Virus record (IMG/VR): IMGVR_UViG_3300034104_001007
Location: 739 to 64,738 of that record
Direction: 5' to 3' (one strand)
Length of the DNA stretch: 64,000 nt
Source of the DNA: a virus
Lineage: Duplodnaviria; Caudoviricetes
The notes below the pieces were generated by a model. That model saw only the letters and a program-made list of their open reading frames with translations, was not told the origin of the DNA and searched no databases. Position numbers and translations under genes: made by a program. Positions 30,072-39,270 of the stretch are shown here, piece after piece. Every line of letters starts with the position of its first letter. The stretch's first letter is position 1.

Positions 30072-30114
30072 ATAATTCTCCCCTTGTTATGTTGGTTAAC
30101 CATACTACACTCAT

Positions 30115-30882
30115 TTATCGCCCTTGCCTAGTCCCCATTGGTAGTGGAATTTCGTCATAGACTGTGCCCTCTTTATATATTTGTGCTTTTATTTGAGGGT
30201 ATGTGTATGGCCAATAGCGTTGATACACTATAGCCGATAGTAGTGATAAGTAATTATCCTCGGGGAATGCTTCGGGGTTAGTGTAAAATTCATGTCTTAT
30301 TCTTGCGCCCTCTCCCCAAGCAAGGCTATTATCTTTAGGCACTTCCATACCTAATACTTCCATAAACCCCCGAGCAAATGTAAGAAATGGTTGATACTTT
30401 GCACGAGCTGCCTTTGATTCTACCCGATTGACCTTATTCTTGGTGGGCACTACCGCATTCGTTACCTCATACGGCCCACCTCTGCAATCACTAATAATTA
30501 ATGAGTTATCGCCTACGATATAGTATTTCCGTAACGCCCTATCGTATAAATGAACCATTGATTGTATTCTGTATGCCTGCCACCACATCGGCATACACGC
30601 ATTGATAAATCCAGTCGTTGATTGGGTAGCATACCCACCTGTTTTAACTTCTAGCTCACCATTACGATGATATATCACACACTCCGTGCCATAAAACACA
30701 CATGCATATGTATCGGCATCAATCTTTGCTACTCGCACATGCTTTTGATTACGGCTATTGATTGGGCGAATGTCGCGCTGTGTGCCACGGTCTTTCTCCC
30801 TAATAGGTTTAACCTTATTGTATAAAGTTTCTAACTGCTCAAAACTTTCGATATTAAAATCAAATGAATTTCCAAATGCCAT
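30115..30882 (-). CDS. hypothetical early protein
   Basis: 255-aa ORF with AGGAG RBS. Confidence 0.75.
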   Translation of the reverse strand: MAFGNSFDFNIESFEQLETLYNKVKPIREKDRGTQRDIRPINSRNQKHVRVAKIDADTYACVFYGTECVIYHRNGELEVKTGGYATQSTTGFINACMPMWWQAYRIQSMVHLYDRALRKYYIVGDNSLIISDCRGGPYEVTNAVVPTKNKVNRVESKAARAKYQPFLTFARGFMEVLGMEVPKDNSLAWGEGARIRHEFYTNPEAFPEDNYLSLLSAIVYQRYWPYTYPQIKAQIYKEGTVYDEIPLPMGTRQGR

Positions 30883-30883
30883 G

Positions 30884-31102
30884 TTATTCTCCTAATATAA
30901 TTGATTTAACGATACGCTCTGCGTTGTCTCTTGCACCCCGTTCAGTGAGGTGATACTGTGCTACGGAATATACAGCGTCTACCCCATCGATAGTAAATGT
31001 CCATCCTTCCGAATACTTATCATCACTGATGTCATCAAGTCGGGCAACCCTAATATTAATTCCCCTTAGTTTCATTACTGATTCCAACAATTCTTTATCC
31101 AT
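30884..31102 (-). CDS. hypothetical protein
   Basis: Packed ORF with GAGG RBS. Confidence 0.55.
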   Translation of the reverse strand: MDKELLESVMKLRGINIRVARLDDISDDKYSEGWTFTIDGVDAVYSVAQYHLTERGARDNAERIVKSIILGE

Positions 31103-31656
31103 TCCTCATACTCCTCTGTTGATGTGCGAACTTCATCCTCTGATTGTAGTGCCCGCAATATGTCATGAAAATAATCCTTGATGATACTTAGTAACTCCTC
31201 CTCAAATGCTTCGTTTACTTCATCAGGCTCGGCGGTATATAGCGGGCTCACTTGCATACCCTTAAAGAACCCTTGAGTAAACTCAAAGTCATCGTTCCAG
31301 TAGTCGGTCGTGTCATACTCTCTTACTGTTAAGTTATCATTGCGAGTTACTGTCCACTTAAACTTAATCATGTCATCGCGTAGCATCTCTGTATAAACGA
31401 ATGACACCTTAGCTAATCGGTCGTAGTGCGCATTAACAAACTTAGGATAGTCCTCGATATACCCATTGCCTGCACATTGGTTATGATACAAATCAAAGTA
31501 AATTTCCCTAGGCTCAATCGCTATTCCTAAGTCGTTACTGGAATACTCACACTCTGATTGTAGTAACCAATCCCACCATCCATCATCTGCCCACTGCATC
31601 TCAAGCCATTCCTCATAGCTTGGTGGTTTAACTGCTAACTCTGCGGTCATATCCAT
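31075..31656 (-). CDS. acidic hypothetical protein (possible DNA mimic or antitoxin-like)
   Basis: 193 aa, strongly Asp/Glu- and aromatic-rich. Confidence 0.65.
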   Translation of the reverse strand: MDMTAELAVKPPSYEEWLEMQWADDGWWDWLLQSECEYSSNDLGIAIEPREIYFDLYHNQCAGNGYIEDYPKFVNAHYDRLAKVSFVYTEMLRDDMIKFKWTVTRNDNLTVREYDTTDYWNDDFEFTQGFFKGMQVSPLYTAEPDEVNEAFEEELLSIIKDYFHDILRALQSEDEVRTSTEEYEEWIKNCWNQ

Positions 31657-31757
31657 ACCCTCCCATAATCCATGCTTTGATTGAATGCGTGGGCTTATCT
31701 GCCCTACGCGCTATCCGTTTATAACTAATGCCCTCGAACTGTAACTTAATCAGTCGG

Positions 31758-32024
31758 TTAGGTTCTATGTTCATTTTCTTTTCTCCATTGCCTTAAGTCG
31801 GCTTGAACTAAATCAGTAACCTCACTGCCCGCGTTTAGTTTTGCCATTGCTTCAAAGAACTCAAAGCATTCATTCGGTGTATTAAACCCCCGCGCTTTGT
31901 AGTATTGATGCAATGTATAGTTTGCTTTAATAAGGTTCTCTGATTGAATTCCCTCTATCCCCGCCAACCATGTCGATGCTACATTTGATGGTGCGGAAGT
32001 TGTCAGTGTGATTGTTGATGCCAT
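31758..32024 (-). CDS. hypothetical protein
   Basis: Coupled ORF with RBS. Confidence 0.55.
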   Translation of the reverse strand: MASTITLTTSAPSNVASTWLAGIEGIQSENLIKANYTLHQYYKARGFNTPNECFEFFEAMAKLNAGSEVTDLVQADLRQWRKENEHRT

Positions 32025-32245
32025 TATGCTGTCTCCCTAATTGCTTGTAATGCGAGGTCGGTTAGGCTGTATGAACTGACACCTTTAGTAGGTTCGCGCT
32101 TTAGATATCCCTTTGTCTCATATTCAGTTAATACAAAGAAACGAAGCATTTCAGCTTCAATTAGTTCATCGAAGTTTACGCAATTCTGCCCCCATAACAT
32201 TGCCCATATGCGTAGCCCCTCAAGAGCGGATGATGGTATATACAT
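32024..32245 (-). CDS. hypothetical protein
   Basis: Coupled ORF with GGAGG RBS. Confidence 0.55.
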   Translation of the reverse strand: MYIPSSALEGLRIWAMLWGQNCVNFDELIEAEMLRFFVLTEYETKGYLKREPTKGVSSYSLTDLALQAIRETA

Positions 32246-32246
32246 A

Positions 32247-33485
32247 TTAGATATCCTCCATTCTTACAGTCTTGCCATGCTCGGCTACGATATCGGTAGT
32301 CATAACCCACATCGCGGGGATAGAAAATACAGGGAAGCTGTCTACATAACCATCGGATAACAACACCACGCACTCATGGTTGAGGTTCTTATTTAAGGAC
32401 AACCAATCCGCTACGCATTGTGGTCTTGTGCCACCACCACCTACTGGCTTAAGATAACTCTCGATATTATCTAATTGGTCTTGCTCGAACGATTGCACAC
32501 TGCATACTTCCATATCCCACCATAGGATATCAATTCCAGCAGGCTTGAGCTCCGCGCATAACTTTTTAATCTCGCCCATGAACCTAGCCAACTGTTCACC
32601 CCAAATAGACCCCGATGTATCGGGTGCAATCGCTAGTCTGCCCGTGGTATTTGATATCGAGCCGGGGAAATAACCTACATCAAACATACGGCGATTGAGT
32701 TTAGACCAACTGCTTTCGTCGCGCCCCGCCATACGCTCTTTAATAAACTCGGCTAACTCACTTGCCCAATCAACCTTGCCCTCGAGTAGGCCATCTATCA
32801 TGCGTGGCTTATCCCCACCCATCTTACCCGCTAGCTGTCTACCTTGCCGTATCGCTATCTCGATGTCTTTCTCTATCGTGGCCTTGTCATCGTCTGACAA
32901 ACTATCCCAGTCATGTTCATCCATGCCACCGCCTTGAGGGTAACCCTCCGTAATTCGATTGCCTTGACCATCCCTATCCACCACTCGACACTGGTTCTGA
33001 CTGTTTTCACCGTCGCCCTCACCCGCATCGTCGCCCTCGCTATCTTGAGGTTGTTGCTTATACTGCTCGAGGTCTTTGAATATCTCAACGACAGTCATCT
33101 TGTCATACTTAGGATTGTATAACCCACCATCAATCATCTTAATGAAGCCTGTCTTATTGTCCTGTTTGATTAACTCATTGTTAATCCAGTAATCACAAGC
33201 CGCATTAGCGCGCTGACCATCTAGTGTGTGTAACTGTTTGTATATGAACATATGCATAGCTGCTTTGTGCATTGTCTCATGTAAGATTAGAAAGCGTAGT
33301 TCCTCGTCGGATAACGGCTCACAAAACTCACGGCCATACCACACATTCTTACCATCGGTGCAAGCGGTCGGCATGGTCTCTGATACTTCCCATTTACCAA
33401 AACACATCACACCACCCAATGCCATCCATGCCTTGTTACCCATGATGGCAATGTTTTGTTTCTTAATTCGTTTTACTAAGTCCAT
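32247..33485 (-). CDS. DUF2201-type metallopeptidase plus vWA domain protein
   Basis: TACTDG, LHETMH (HExxH), NAACDYWIN; MIDAS-like DTSGS; GGGGT; LSDGY; start set at ATG 33485 after AAGGAG. Confidence 0.85.
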   Translation of the reverse strand: MDLVKRIKKQNIAIMGNKAWMALGGVMCFGKWEVSETMPTACTDGKNVWYGREFCEPLSDEELRFLILHETMHKAAMHMFIYKQLHTLDGQRANAACDYWINNELIKQDNKTGFIKMIDGGLYNPKYDKMTVVEIFKDLEQYKQQPQDSEGDDAGEGDGENSQNQCRVVDRDGQGNRITEGYPQGGGMDEHDWDSLSDDDKATIEKDIEIAIRQGRQLAGKMGGDKPRMIDGLLEGKVDWASELAEFIKERMAGRDESSWSKLNRRMFDVGYFPGSISNTTGRLAIAPDTSGSIWGEQLARFMGEIKKLCAELKPAGIDILWWDMEVCSVQSFEQDQLDNIESYLKPVGGGGTRPQCVADWLSLNKNLNHECVVLLSDGYVDSFPVFSIPAMWVMTTDIVAEHGKTVRMEDI

Positions 33486-33523
33486 CTCTATCTCCTTAAT
33501 TAAGGTTCTTAAATAAGAACCGA

Positions 33524-34384
33524 TTACCAACCTAACTTATCAGACAACTCGTCTACCTTTGCTTTCACTGCCTTGCGCACACCATCACTCTCGCGCACAT
33601 CTTTCATATCCACACCATGCAAGGCTTCCTCTAACTCTTTACGAGCCCAGTCAAGGTCTTGGTTATGTGTTACATTCATAACAGAAAGCAGGCTACATAA
33701 CTCAAGCGCGTTATCAAGCACGCTGTCCCTAAGAACTTTCTTTTGTCCATCGTCGTTATCGCTGAACCTGTCGCTGATATGCTTAGTTACTTTATACAAC
33801 CTAGTCCATAAGTCCTCCATCGCTTGGGTTGTGCGCTCACTGTATACACGCTCATACTCGGCCTCTAACTCTGTGGCTATCTCGTGGCCTACATCTACGC
33901 GGAAATCACCACGCTCGGGTAATGGTGTAAAGAAAAAGGTAAAGCCAAACCGCCTAGCTATATCATTAACATCGGGGTATTCTGTGCGGTCAAACATCGT
34001 GCCCATCTTAAAGGCTTGCGCTGATACTAGGTTGGGATACATTGCAACGAAGTCATTGGATAACTTATTGAACTCGGTCGTCATGTCGTTGAGCCAATCC
34101 TTTACCGCTATGAAGTTACGGATATCTACTAGGCGCTGACCGCTATCAGACCACGGCAATGTCTTTGTGTAGAACTCCACACGCGCTGATGCTACCCACT
34201 TCTGTATCTTTTCTAACTGCTCAACACCCGCAAGTAAACTCTTATTGAACCTACCCGCGCCATCATCTGCGCCCTTTGCGGTCGTTACTTCTTTTGATAC
34301 TTTCTTATCCAGTTTACGAAAGCTAGGCACACGAATGTTTAGCTCTACTAGAATTGCTTGGTTGCTTAGGTTAATTTTGTCCAT
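33524..34384 (-). CDS. conserved early protein (DUF3150-like)
   Basis: TLPWSDSGQRL...FDRTEYP...GDFRVD; typical neighbour of AAA/vWA genes. Confidence 0.65.
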   Translation of the reverse strand: MDKINLSNQAILVELNIRVPSFRKLDKKVSKEVTTAKGADDGAGRFNKSLLAGVEQLEKIQKWVASARVEFYTKTLPWSDSGQRLVDIRNFIAVKDWLNDMTTEFNKLSNDFVAMYPNLVSAQAFKMGTMFDRTEYPDVNDIARRFGFTFFFTPLPERGDFRVDVGHEIATELEAEYERVYSERTTQAMEDLWTRLYKVTKHISDRFSDNDDGQKKVLRDSVLDNALELCSLLSVMNVTHNQDLDWARKELEEALHGVDMKDVRESDGVRKAVKAKVDELSDKLGW

Positions 34385-34552
34385 CTCTATTCTCCATTGT
34401 TAATACGATTTATCATTTGATTGTAACTATCCTCATTACTATTCCAGTCAGTATGGTCTAGCAAGTCGGGCTCTAATTCATACAACACATCAAGCAAGCG
34501 CATAAATACATCAAGTCGTGCTATGCGTTCTTTCTTACTCATGATGTTCTCC

Positions 34553-34957
34553 TTAGTAATCACAATAAATGTTAGTGTCTGTTGATAAAAAATACTGCAC
34601 ATCCTCACCACCACTTTCGTTCTCGATGTCGCCCGCCTCCTCACCGATACGAACGAACTCCCAGTTAAGGCCTGCCTCCTCGGCATCATGTATGAACTTA
34701 TCCCACGCTTGAACATCGGGGTAACTGTCATACCACTTCCAGTCATCCCCTTGTAAGTCTAGGATTTTAAATACTTGCTCGGTGCTACCATTCGCGAGGG
34801 GTTGACCATAGGTATATTTCTTTTCAGTAAACTTAAGGCTTTCACCGAACCCATCCCATATGATGTTATTGATTAACTTCTGCCCCGCTATGAACGCATC
34901 AAACAACTCGGCATCGGTGCCATACACGCAACTTCTTACTTGACTTCTGTAACCCAT
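34553..34957 (-). CDS. conserved hypothetical protein
   Basis: MGYRSQV...WKWYDSYPDV...FVRIGEE.DIE motif; AGGAG RBS. Confidence 0.75.
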   Translation of the reverse strand: MGYRSQVRSCVYGTDAELFDAFIAGQKLINNIIWDGFGESLKFTEKKYTYGQPLANGSTEQVFKILDLQGDDWKWYDSYPDVQAWDKFIHDAEEAGLNWEFVRIGEEAGDIENESGGEDVQYFLSTDTNIYCDY

Positions 34958-34958
34958 A

Positions 34959-35144
34959 CTATTCTCCTAGTTTAAATACATCGTAACCAATATCACTTTC
35001 AAGGTTGGGCACTATCTTTAGGTTTGTTTCCAATGCCACATTGAAATCATCGAGGAACTTACGCGCCTCTGTATACCTAACCTTGTCATTGCCATATCGC
35101 ATTTTCCACATGGCTTCGAAGTCCTCCTTGTTAGCGATACTCAT
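34959..35144 (-). CDS. hypothetical protein
   Basis: Coupled to the AAA ATPase stop. Confidence 0.55.
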   Translation of the reverse strand: MSIANKEDFEAMWKMRYGNDKVRYTEARKFLDDFNVALETNLKIVPNLESDIGYDVFKLGE

Positions 35145-36214
35145 TATACGAACTCCTTAGTGAATGTTTGAACCCAGTCGCGCATACCTTTCGAACGCAT
35201 TGCAACTGTCGGCTTGGATTTAAAGATTAGTCTACCTGTTACCGCTTGTATCTCGGCCTCAAGTCTAGTCATATACTTTGTTGTGGCATCCGCATTGTCG
35301 TCAGCTAAACCCGATGCAAGCCGTGTCGATAATAACAACTGACTTGCTAGGCTATCGGGGATACGCGCATTGTTGGGGTCGGAATAAATAGACTTGCGGG
35401 TAGGTAAGCTGTCGGCCAATTCTACTGTCGCCCATAACTCTGCAGTAGCGGGTGCACCTATCGCACCACATATATGAGCCATCGCTTGTTCCTTATTTAA
35501 GAACCCTGCTTCCATCTTGTCTAGCGTATTACTTGCAAACCAAAACGAACGATTGGAACAGAACTGCTTGGTGTTAGTCTTGGGATTGAATATATATTTG
35601 TTTGTGGCTAACTGCTCTGCATCAAGGTCGCGGTATGACTGGCACACCTCGGGGTTCTCGCCTATGAAATAGATTAGCGTTCCGTTCATACCATATGTTG
35701 TGCCGAACTGAACCACCTCGGAATGGCTAGGCTTACGCACTTCCAATGTAGATACGCGGTTATTCATGTGAGCGGGGAATGTATCGCCAACACCATCTGT
35801 TGATAAGTTACTGGTAGAAAACACCACCGAACCCTTAGGGATTGGCATGCTTGATACTGTGCGCTCTAATAAGAACCTAGTAACCATTGGCTTTGCCACG
35901 CCTTGCACCTTGCCTATCTCGTCAATCATGTATAGCTGTGGCTTATCGCTATCTAAATGCCATTCATCCGCGAATGCTTTCTTTGTCTTGCCATCTACTA
36001 CGCTAGGCATATAGAAGTCGGGGAAGTCTAGCAATGGTGCATCGATATACACGCACTGGTCTTGCCCCCAACCTAGCTTGGCTAGGATGTCATTACGCAA
36101 ACTAGACTTACCAATTCCCGGCTCGCCTACTAAGATTGTTGTTGTGTGGTCGCCTGTTGCCGCGATGATTGCACTAGCATCGGCTAGTGATACTACATTA
36201 CTGATACCTTCCAT
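35144..36214 (-). CDS. AAA+ ATPase (MoxR-like)
   Basis: Walker A GEPGIGKS, Walker B MIDE, sensor-1 STSN, Arg finger NNR. Confidence 0.88.
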   Translation of the reverse strand: MEGISNVVSLADASAIIAATGDHTTTILVGEPGIGKSSLRNDILAKLGWGQDQCVYIDAPLLDFPDFYMPSVVDGKTKKAFADEWHLDSDKPQLYMIDEIGKVQGVAKPMVTRFLLERTVSSMPIPKGSVVFSTSNLSTDGVGDTFPAHMNNRVSTLEVRKPSHSEVVQFGTTYGMNGTLIYFIGENPEVCQSYRDLDAEQLATNKYIFNPKTNTKQFCSNRSFWFASNTLDKMEAGFLNKEQAMAHICGAIGAPATAELWATVELADSLPTRKSIYSDPNNARIPDSLASQLLLSTRLASGLADDNADATTKYMTRLEAEIQAVTGRLIFKSKPTVAMRSKGMRDWVQTFTKEFV

Positions 36215-36216
36215 TT

Positions 36217-36444
36217 CTATTCTCCTTGGTTAAAGTCTGATGGTGTTACTACTGGTTGTGTTAATGCTTTCTGCAATCTATCTATTAGTTCTTGCATTTC
36301 CTCGGGTGTGTTGCCTAACAAGAACGGCTCACCATAGCCTGTTGGCTTGCCTTTCTTATCATAGTGAACCTCGACAAATCGGTATGTTGAAAAGTCGGGG
36401 TCGTCGTTCGCTTGAAAAAGCACTCTGTGGTTCCATGTAAACAT
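36217..36444 (-). CDS. small conserved phage protein
   Basis: WNHRV...EVHYD..G.P motif; AGGAG RBS. Confidence 0.65.
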   Translation of the reverse strand: MFTWNHRVLFQANDDPDFSTYRFVEVHYDKKGKPTGYGEPFLLGNTPEEMQELIDRLQKALTQPVVTPSDFNQGE

Positions 36445-37010
36445 TGCTATTCTCCTATCGTTTAATTGATTTAGTGTTATGTGGTTTAGCTCTTGTAAGT
36501 CCTACAAGTCGGGACACCACCATTCCCTCCTGCGCTATGTATTGAGGTTCCTTGCTACACATGCCAGTTCAAGTAGCTCGTTCGCGTGTGGTTTATACCC
36601 ACTCCAGACCTCTCTGTCCGATGGACTACGCACCATCGTTTGCGTTACTTCAATTCCTCCTCGTATGCTTGTATTACCAACTGCGCGAACTTGTCCAACA
36701 CCTCAATGGCATTGTTTTCTGTCCAGTATGTTGAGTTATCAGTTACATCAATAACCCCCGCTTGTATTGCCAACTGTTCTATGTTCATTCTGTTTCCTCC
36801 TCGTCATCGTCGTTTACTTCCTCGGTTTTGTAGCTAACACCTACTAAGTATTTCTCAACCATGTCTTTTATCATCTCAGTCGCTTGTTCCTCTGACTGAG
36901 CATACCATGTAGCCCTAACTCTAATCATTTGCTATCCTCCTAAGTTAAAGTAAACAACTACTACTGCTATCACTACACATACCCAAAAAACTACTACATC
37001 TAACTGGTCA

Positions 37011-37235
37011 TTAGTCATTTTTTACCTCCTCGATATCTGTTATTTCAAAAAAATTACCATCGTAAATATCTTTTAGATAAAACCCTTCATCGCTAGCTAC
37101 TGTCTCTGCGTCAGCTTCATCGTATGCCCATACACGCTTGGAATAATAGACTTTTTCTGATGCCAGCACTTCATACTGTTTTTTGCCTAGCAGTTTCTGA
37201 ACTGCATGTTCTGTTGTTTGGTCGCTCATAGCCAC
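37011..37235 (-). CDS. hypothetical protein
   Basis: Packed early ORF. Confidence 0.55.
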   Translation of the reverse strand: MAMSDQTTEHAVQKLLGKKQYEVLASEKVYYSKRVWAYDEADAETVASDEGFYLKDIYDGNFFEITDIEEVKND

Positions 37236-37483
37236 ATCACCTTATAGTTTAAGTCCTCATATTTTCGTAATGCAACGGCAGACTTTAGCCAGCATGCACC
37301 ACCACCGCGCGAGGGTGGGAACTCAACGATACCAAGGTATGGCTTAAGTGCGTGGCGACCTGTATGGCGCTTTGTTTTTATCGTGATTGTGTCGAGTGAT
37401 GCTGTGCTTGTTTTTCCAAGGTTCTTATTTAAGAACTCGGGGTTGTTGGCATATGCCGTGAGTAATGCTGATTTCAAATCCAT
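37226..37483 (-). CDS. first ORF behind the structured early leader (hypothetical)
   Basis: ACAGGAGAATAGCCATG start at 37483; contains one palindrome copy (FLNKN). Confidence 0.6.
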   Translation of the reverse strand: MDLKSALLTAYANNPEFLNKNLGKTSTASLDTITIKTKRHTGRHALKPYLGIVEFPPSRGGGACWLKSAVALRKYEDLNYKVMWL

Positions 37484-37499
37484 GGCTATTCTCCTGTTA

Positions 37500-38016
37500 A
37501 GTAAATAATACAAAGGTGCTATGTTATACAGACTAGAAAAACTAATCTAATCCATATAATAAGGCACTTTGTCCCCGCGTTTAGGCTTGTGCATTTTCTA
37601 GGGATTGTTACTACACAATAGTCCTATACTTACACGCGTTCGTGCCATGCGCGGGGTGTGCTTATCGGTTACCGAAAATATCTAAGTGCTTGAGCGATGT
37701 CGTGATACAGGTTTTTGTCTTATGGGGTAGCGCGCCTGCATAGTAGCGCGGGTTTATTATTAGTAGATGCTGTCGTGAATACTGACCGTCTCACCCTTTT
37801 GAGTTCATCCCAGTCCGCACGATTTACTTGATAGGCTTTGCTTACTGCCCGTTACTATATCTACTATGACTACTTACCTGTATGCGGTTCATCCGCACCA
37901 TGTAGGCTGTCGCCTACACTTAAGTTCTTAAATAAGAACCTTTCGGTAACCATCCAAACTGTTAAAGAGCGGTGGGCGTGTGTTCTGCCCTTACTTACTA
38001 ACTTACTAACTTACAA
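37500..38016 (-). ncRNA. candidate long structured RNA / 5' leader
   Basis: Five nested helices (37667-77/37941-51; 37683-88/37917-22; 37705-12/37876-83; 37761-68/37859-66; 37773-77/37818-22) plus hairpins; no credible ORF. Confidence 0.65.
37960..37990 (-). promoter_or_regulatory. boxA antitermination element preceded by a boxB-like hairpin
   Basis: CGCTCTTTAACA on the - strand (37960-37971), preceded by the hairpin GGGC-agaacacac-GCCC. Confidence 0.75.
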
Positions 38017-38022
38017 AACACC

Positions 38023-38051
38023 ATTGTAGCACACTTCGGAACGAAAGTCAA
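38023..38051 (-). promoter_or_regulatory. strong sigma70 early promoter
   Basis: TTGACT-17nt-TACAAT with extended -10 TG. Confidence 0.8.
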
Positions 38052-38086
38052 GGCCCTTCCACGCTATTACTCGATAGTAGCCGTTC

Positions 38087-38368
38087 TTACTTAAAGTTGC
38101 TCCAGTAATTGTTCGTGTATATGAGGGGTAATCCTTGCTTGCGTCGCTCTATATTGTCATGCCTTTGCACATAGGGTTTGTGTTCGCCTTTCATATACAT
38201 CCATATGATTGATGCCGTGGTGTAGTTATAGGTCTTGCCGTCTATCGTTACATGCACATAGCGTGATGTGATGGGTTTGCGTGATTTGTGCTTACCAAGT
38301 TTGCGAAGTATGCCTTGATAGGGTAGGTATTCGAACATGGCTAGAACTTGTCTTTGAGTTAAACGCAT
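38087..38368 (-). CDS. degenerate HNH-associated / hypothetical protein
   Basis: AGGAG RBS; resembles the N-terminal part of HNH_3 homing nucleases but lacks the catalytic motif. Confidence 0.55.
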   Translation of the reverse strand: MRLTQRQVLAMFEYLPYQGILRKLGKHKSRKPITSRYVHVTIDGKTYNYTTASIIWMYMKGEHKPYVQRHDNIERRKQGLPLIYTNNYWSNFK

Positions 38369-38438
38369 TTGTATCTCCTATTAATTAAATATTACGAGGT
38401 TCTTATTTAAGGACTTTCTACTAAAGTATACATTTTAG

Positions 38439-38913
38439 CGGATAGTTGTATATTTGTGAACGGATAGAAGTATATTTGTGAGAGAAATTTTCACAATATA
38501 AGGGCCTGTATATAAAGAGAAAAATGTGGTAGATGTATATCTGTGAAAAAGTGAATGGATTTTAAAAGTATGAACTGGGCAGAATAAGCAAACAGTCTTT
38601 TTCACAATATAAAAAGCACAAGAAAAATTATTATATTCTTTTATTAAAATATTTAATAACTTACTACAAATGAAGCTACTTTCGGCCATGGGCTTGGGTT
38701 TCAGAGCATTCACAAATTGAAAATGAAACTTTCACATTTTCACAAATATACTATTAGGCCTACGATTATCCGCGTTCGTCTTAAATGTATCCGTAAACTA
38801 CCCGAAACATAACCTTTCACAAATATACTTTTAGCAGTTCTTAAATAAGAACTTCATTTTCCTCTTGACACGAAACGCATAGTATGTATTCGATTGTCTT
38901 AAATGTCTCCGTA
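38439..38913. repeat. AT-rich iteron-like region (TTCACAA(A)TATA repeats), putative replication origin
   Basis: About 7 copies in both orientations; 22-nt-period tandem at 38439-38481; 18-nt direct repeat at 38778 and 38896. Confidence 0.6.
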
Positions 38914-39124
38914 TGTTCCACGATAAGGTTCTTAAATAAGAACTTCGCTATGTTTTGTCGCGTTACGCGCGCGTCTTACGCAGGCTAGCTTTTAGGAACC
39001 AGTGTCCCACTGGCCTTCAATTCTACGCAGTCAGTTCAGCTACGCAAAACCATAAAGCTTAGTTTTGCTCCGCAGCCCCGCCTGCTGAATTGACACTGGT
39101 TCCTGACCCCCAAAAATTAGGGGC

Positions 39125-39149
39125 AAAAAAATACCCCGCTTTCGCGGGG
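39125..39149 (-). terminator. intrinsic terminator
   Basis: CCCCGC-tttc-GCGGGG with an A-run on its left. Confidence 0.65.
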
Positions 39150-39246
39150 CTTGTTGGTTATAAGTTATAAATTGTTTCGTATAATTGTTTTCGCATCATC
39201 TGAAAGCAAGCGTATTGATAAGGCCTAAGTTTTTTCATGGTGTGTT

Positions 39247-39270
39247 AAAAGCCCCTTGCGGGGCTTTTTT
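39247..39270. terminator. bidirectional intrinsic terminator after the first early gene
   Basis: AAAAGCCCC-ttgc-GGGGCTTTTTT. Confidence 0.8.

Noticed and set aside
37500-38016. Structured region as tRNA, tmRNA or group I/II intron
   Set aside because: No T-arm/CCA ends or tag ORF, no interrupted gene, and no intron core motifs that I could recognise.
37838-38029. 63-aa + strand ORF, and the 92-aa - strand ORF at 38435-38713
   Set aside because: No RBS, unnatural composition; they overlap the promoter/boxA and iteron regions.
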